A stretch of DNA of 60,726 nucleotides, from NCBI GenBank assembly GCA_021734595.1, contig JAIPIO010000001.1, positions 1 to 60,726 of the forward strand, in the 5' to 3' direction. The stretch comes from Kiritimatiellales bacterium. Lineage in GTDB: Bacteria; Verrucomicrobiota; Kiritimatiellia; Kiritimatiellales; Pontiellaceae. Shown piece by piece: positions 57,801 through 60,726 of this stretch (position 1 is its first letter; each line of letters begins with the position of its first letter). The notes below the pieces were generated by a model. It saw nothing but the letters and a program-made list of their open reading frames with translations. It was not told the origin of the DNA and ran no database searches. The position numbers and the translations under genes were made by a program.

Positions 57801-57973
57801 AGGCTAATATTTTCATCTCTGTAATAGCTATTCGTGGCACACGAAACGCTGAGTATTTCCAGATCGGCTTCATTCGCTTCTCCGGAGACGATTGATGCCA
57901 GAAGCAGAACCACAACACTGAAGAGTCGGACAACCGCATGAGAAGCGATGTCGGTGTATGATTTTGCATTCAT
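54845..57973 (-). CDS. Giant exported adhesin-like protein (CARDB-like repeats, two pre-peptidase C-terminal PPC domains, Fn3, HYDIN/ASH-like domain, C-terminal beta-sandwich)
   Basis: Signal peptide. Two DD(F/A)YE(P/K)N..DDDWY..YYLKV/YFLKV PPC signatures. An Fn3-like segment TNVVAQTGSAPGTIDLSWD. IDVSPGSFDFGRLEAGQS... Ends ..MFYRLGVD. Confidence 0.8.
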   Translation of the reverse strand: MNAKSYTDIASHAVVRLFSVVVLLLASIVSGEANEADLEILSVSCATNSYYRDENISLDVRVINNGPNWCSSWTLYVHASTDSMITSTDPLLETRVRDDESQWIGPGQIDTISLSLDIPESLAEECYFIGARSECTDDPAPLNNTGFDPTPVCFTDPCDLNILEVDSTDGPFHQTEPFQVFVRVENLGPGDTSAYDVRFYASSDPGLGGSSDQLIGQTNRPAILSGEEDAFYATVCVPGPYYSETVTWGGVPSGDYYIIAIVSGPGDHTDDNDTGNDPDPVNFSRLTDLVLEEIMAPDVEVIPGNDLLFGYRFHNNGPLDCLFYRQYFYLSSDTLITDTDIRLSWSEIWTPLSAGSTTSGVNIVTVPSNVPPGDYYLGGYIEYADELVPADNTAYDASPRITVLPRLELEIAQVTTSGLPVAVGGVLELDCEIAHVSGGTCPEYTVSVYFAGNWIIPVPEFGSSCVQGPLGPGQTNLFSLSVPVPASMPVYSPLSLFYVHIDYDRPGNNGHDSISQLLQFCYDDFYEPNDNIGLAYAWPSNCLGGVLSTIDGQGLQYDDDWYSCHVDTAFGGQLVVTCSFVRAEGSLGVSAYDTTGALIAVSAECLEGEHLMVNTPTNGWYYLKVHGPNAGMAYDLSFTNRPPWPFAPTNVVAQTGSAPGTIDLSWDSCAGATGYTIHYDDGYICPPFNPADDGTPASGSDVGGVTNGVITHLSPEQFYHLAVKAYNANGESEFSEMVSARAGAAIATDDAYEKNNSLNTAWYPGSPWPGIPLSDFSGAGIQADDDWYRLVLQPIGYEHLTVTAAFVRVEGDIMLDLYDDQTNLVATSVGTHDMELIDVVCPAPGNYFLKVWGEHAGNSYNLIWNNVWVDSKPIIDVSPGSFDFGRLEAGQSSNTVFTIRNDGGGTLTGNASVSSPLSILSSTAFNLVHSQTQDFLVRFSAGSIGVFTNDLVFSGAYGTACQVTGQSGAPRPHIKNFKILSPKEAVIEWDGVKGAEYYILTNMDLASDSWSIFQYGIPGAVFNSETSKVFSATNMFYRLGVD

Positions 57974-58067
57974 GACATATCCTATTTATCAACCGGAACC
58001 TAGCTTTCCCCTACACCCGGATCAACGAGCCGTCAATCCAGATATAAGCTTAAAATACGCTGAAAAT

Positions 58068-58448
58068 ATGACTGTTCCAATAAGGAATCCCTGTTTCTCC
58101 CATAGCCAAAGAATCAATGTGGAACACAAAAAGAAGAACAACGCCGACAAGATACCCGGTGCAGGGAAAAGCCCCGACGAGTGGAGCACGGTCGAAGTGA
58201 ACCAGCGCATCCTGCTCGTCGACGGCACCGTCATCAAAGACACCCACCACGGCACCGAAACGGATACCTTCACGATCAAAGAAGCCATTGACGGCTTGAA
58301 GGAAGGGCTCCAGCTCATGAAAGAAGGCGGCAAGTTCCGCTTCGTTGTCCCGCCCAACCTGGCGTGGGGCAAACGCGGTGCCGGTGAAAAGATCGGCCCC
58401 TACGTCGCTCTCATCTTCGACATCCGTCTTGAAAAGTTACTCGACTAA
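58068..58448 (+). pseudogene. Second, more truncated copy of the FKBP gene 3' part (FKBP domain only)
   Basis: 58176-58436 matches 54558-54818 with 8 mismatches in 261 nt. Upstream sequence is unrelated. The first in-frame ATG is at 58068. May still be expressed. Confidence 0.5.
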
Positions 58449-59116
58449 TCGGCGGAAGCCTTAACCGACGCGTACACCGGAACGACCAGCATCCGGGTGT
58501 TGTTGTAGGCGGGAATGATAATCGAAGCGGTATGGGTTCCTGCCGGCAGGTCTTCGGGCAATACAACGGTTAGGATATATTCGTCTTTTTTGGCACCGGG
58601 CGTCAGTGAGCATTGAACCCTCTTTGAGGAGCTTCGGGGCATTCCCAAACCCAAATCCCCCTTCAGTCCGCGCAGCACCACCGTGCCGCTGTGTTCTTCT
58701 CCCGCAGGAACGTTGCGGAACATTAGCATGCGGGGGGTTATTTCGGTGCGGATCGCTGAATCCCCCTCCAGGGTCAGAGCCACAGGATCCCGGGGGGAAT
58801 CCTCGGTAAATACATAAAAGTCGCGGAACTGTTTGCCGGTACGCCCCATCAAGTCGAGGGATGCCGTGATGATCGCGCTGGCGCCCGGCGCAACAGAGTT
58901 GGTGGATGGTTCCCCCACCGAACAACCGCAATCCGTCTCCACCCGGTCAATCACCACCGTCTTTTTGCCCGTGTTCCTGAGGATAAACGCATGGGTCACC
59001 ACATCGCCCTCGGTGCGCTCGCCAAAGTTGAAGCTCGCCCGGTCGCAAACCAATTCCGCGGACGCTTCCGTCAGCAGGAGCATTCCCACCAAACAGACTG
59101 TATAAATTCTATTCAT
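58445..59116 (-). CDS. Exported DUF1573 domain protein
   Basis: Signal peptide, then FNFGERTEGDVVTHAFILRNTGKKTVVIDRVETDCGCSVGE, the characteristic DUF1573 block. Confidence 0.85.
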   Translation of the reverse strand: MNRIYTVCLVGMLLLTEASAELVCDRASFNFGERTEGDVVTHAFILRNTGKKTVVIDRVETDCGCSVGEPSTNSVAPGASAIITASLDLMGRTGKQFRDFYVFTEDSPRDPVALTLEGDSAIRTEITPRMLMFRNVPAGEEHSGTVVLRGLKGDLGLGMPRSSSKRVQCSLTPGAKKDEYILTVVLPEDLPAGTHTASIIIPAYNNTRMLVVPVYASVKASAD

Positions 59117-59738
59117 TCAACCGATCCTGCGCCCAATTTACTGGATTGTCTCTGATGTATTCCCGTATCCGATCCCATTCGTTTTCACGAACAATGCGTT
59201 CCCAATAGTTACGCTGCCACAAACGATTGTCGAACCGCAACCAGCCGTGTTGTTTCACCCCGTGTATATATTCATTGGTCGGCATCGTTTTGAACCATTG
59301 CACAACCGTTGATAATGAATGTCCTTCTCTACCCACCTGTACGGGCGGACCCATGTGTCCGCCCGGCGTTGGACTTTTCTTTGCCAGGCCCGTATTCCCG
59401 GCATGTTCGCCCTGTGCCTTACCCATTGTGTTTATCACAATAAAATGAACATGATTTGGCATCACGATCATCTCATCGCAATGCATCCCCGGAAATTTAT
59501 CCGGGATTTTATTCCACCATTTTTTGACCATTTCTCCCGCGGCAGATAATTGCACATATATATTGGGGTAATCCGGACGAACACATGGGTTCGCCCCTAC
59601 GGAATCATTTTCCCTAACCACACACCCGAAAAAATGCCTGCGACCTTGTGTGCACATGGTGACGTAATACCCACCTGACCCGGAATAATCATATCCGGGC
59701 AGGCGGATTGATTTGCGATTGGGAATCTCCTTTCCCAT
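59109..59738 (-). CDS. IS200/Y1-type HUH transposase of the REP-associated (RayT-like) class
   Basis: SIRLPGYDYSGSGGYYVTMCT, HUH motif MPNHVHFIV, catalytic Tyr block WQRNYWERIVRNE. Contains a GC-rich hairpin at 59342-59365. Confidence 0.88.
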   Translation of the reverse strand: MGKEIPNRKSIRLPGYDYSGSGGYYVTMCTQGRRHFFGCVVRENDSVGANPCVRPDYPNIYVQLSAAGEMVKKWWNKIPDKFPGMHCDEMIVMPNHVHFIVINTMGKAQGEHAGNTGLAKKSPTPGGHMGPPVQVGREGHSLSTVVQWFKTMPTNEYIHGVKQHGWLRFDNRLWQRNYWERIVRENEWDRIREYIRDNPVNWAQDRLNE

Positions 59739-59746
59739 TGAAACGT

Positions 59747-60451
59747 TTACCTGCGGCTCAGGCGCATCACGATGCGCAGGACGTACCAGAACAGCAGCGC
59801 CACCGAGGCGAACAGCTCAAGCGCGGCGCCCACATGCTGGTCAGGCGAATAATGGAGCATGATTTTCGATGTGTCGTAAAGGATCGCTCCGCTGGCGAAC
59901 ACAACCATGGCGAACGAAAAGGCCAGCCCGAGGTTAAAACCGAAAATTGCACCGCAAATGATGAGTCCCATGGCAATGAAAAAGCCGATGGTCAGAATAC
60001 CGCGCAGGAACGAAAAATCCTTGCGGGTAGTGAATACCACGGCGGTCAGTCCGGCAAACATCAGTAGCGTCAGGATTCCAGCCGTTGGAAGAACCGTCGG
60101 CGAGGAATAGTGCACCGCGATATAGAGCATCGGCACAAAGATGACTGCTTCGGCGATAACATAGAGCGTCAGTCCGGCATACTGCATCGACTGGGAGGCG
60201 GAACCGGCGGCCAATCCGCGCGCCATCCACCCGCACGGCATAAACGCGCCAAGAAACATCAACCAGCCATACTGGTTTCCATTGATAAAATTGAGCATGG
60301 CACCGGCCAGCGGCGAATTGACCAGGTATATTTCAAGACCGACGAACGCCAATATTGCCCCGGCCAGATGGGCGTAGGTACGGCGGATAAATCCGGCGCG
60401 GACGTCGGGGTCCGACTGGGCCACGGACAGGGCCTGTGCATACTGGTTCAT
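59747..60451 (-). CDS. BAX inhibitor-1/YccA family membrane protein
   Basis: FIRRTYAHLAGAILAF.., seven hydrophobic helices, ..ILYDTSKIM.. motif. Confidence 0.9.
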   Translation of the reverse strand: MNQYAQALSVAQSDPDVRAGFIRRTYAHLAGAILAFVGLEIYLVNSPLAGAMLNFINGNQYGWLMFLGAFMPCGWMARGLAAGSASQSMQYAGLTLYVIAEAVIFVPMLYIAVHYSSPTVLPTAGILTLLMFAGLTAVVFTTRKDFSFLRGILTIGFFIAMGLIICGAIFGFNLGLAFSFAMVVFASGAILYDTSKIMLHYSPDQHVGAALELFASVALLFWYVLRIVMRLSRR

Positions 60452-60512
60452 GATTTTCTCCCTTGGTGGTTCGCCCTATACCTAGCATTGTAAAAAAGTA
60501 TTTCAAGCAGAT

Positions 60513-60579
60513 TTCCGAAGATTGAAAGCTGACCGTCCGTTTTTTCCAGGGCCTGGAAACCTTTTTCCAGCCAGTGGAA
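60513..60579. repeat. Three phased TTCCA-N5-TGGAA-type palindromes in a divergent intergenic region
   Basis: Degenerate TTCCgaagatTGAAA at 60513, TTCCAgggccTGGAA at 60544, TTCCAgccagTGGAA at 60565 (31 and 21 bp apart). Confidence 0.8.
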
Positions 60580-60614
60580 AATACCGCTTGACGATTCATC
60601 GCAATAAAGATAGG

Positions 60615-60649
60615 GATTCAAACGTATATTTAAAACGGGTGTTTGAATC
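60615..60649. promoter_or_regulatory. Operator-like inverted repeat overlapping the start of the TetR-like gene
   Basis: GATTCAAAC - 17 nt - GTTTGAATC, with perfect 9-bp arms. Confidence 0.4.
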
Positions 60650-60726
60650 ATCGCTGAAAAACCCAAATCCACAAAGCAACGACTGCTGGAAACAGCCTGC
60701 AGCACCTTTGCCGAAAAAGGCTATCA
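60647..60726 (+). CDS. 5' end of a TetR/AcrR-family regulator (runs off the window)
   Basis: ..AEKPKSTKQRLLETACSTFAEKGY is a typical TetR helix-1 opening. The frame opens right after TGA 60644-46, and no ATG/GTG/TTG start lies in frame. Confidence 0.45.
   Translation, partial: MIAEKPKSTKQRLLETACSTFAEKGY

Noticed and set aside
1-60726. CRISPR arrays, rRNA and tRNA genes
   Set aside because: No regularly spaced 25-40-bp direct repeats with unique spacers were seen. No T-loop (GGTTCGAATCC-type) or cloverleaf candidates were seen in intergenic gaps. The largest non-coding gaps (31519-31833, 49737-50060, 54080-54395) show no recognisable RNA gene signatures by eye. A covariance-model scan would be needed to be sure.

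Overview
A 60.7-kb chromosomal segment of a moderately GC-rich bacterium. Many exported glycan-active enzymes (including a formylglycine-type sulfatase), SHD1/thioredoxin and DUF1573 proteins, and a RayT-like transposase suggest a PVC-superphylum organism, Kiritimatiellota- or Verrucomicrobiota-like; this is inference only. Housekeeping genes recognised with high confidence are secA-tilS-ftsH, serS, pgm and hrpB. Other blocks: an ABC-2 exporter operon; a PTS-EIIA-like gene next to a cation/H+ antiporter; a fadD-fadL pair whose fadD carries an in-frame TAG; a sulfated-glycan utilisation cluster (GH-like, sulfatase, sialate O-acetylesterase-like, GH30-like); a radical SAM / GT39-like / GT2 / methyltransferase operon; and an operon of two large SPFH proteins, a four-helix-bundle/Zn-ribbon protein and a thioredoxin-like protein. 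An AT-richer island of about 4.6 kb (49.7-54.3 kb) carries a 938-aa fusion of a RecB/Cas4-like nuclease plus RNase-H-like exonuclease module to an IS66-type DDE transposase, and a RhuM gene. The left edge holds a decayed integrase remnant and a small exported-protein gene that is out of frame at an A8 tract. The strongest sequence-level signal is a family of at least 30 TTCCA-N5-TGGAA palindromes. They are concentrated in intergenic DNA and spaced 21 or 31 bp apart. Four perfect copies also lie inside an ABC permease gene, and two near-identical three-site modules flank a low-GC membrane-protein gene. I do not recognise this as a described element. No rRNA, tRNA or CRISPR array was seen. All protein calls rest on motif recognition by eye, without database searches.
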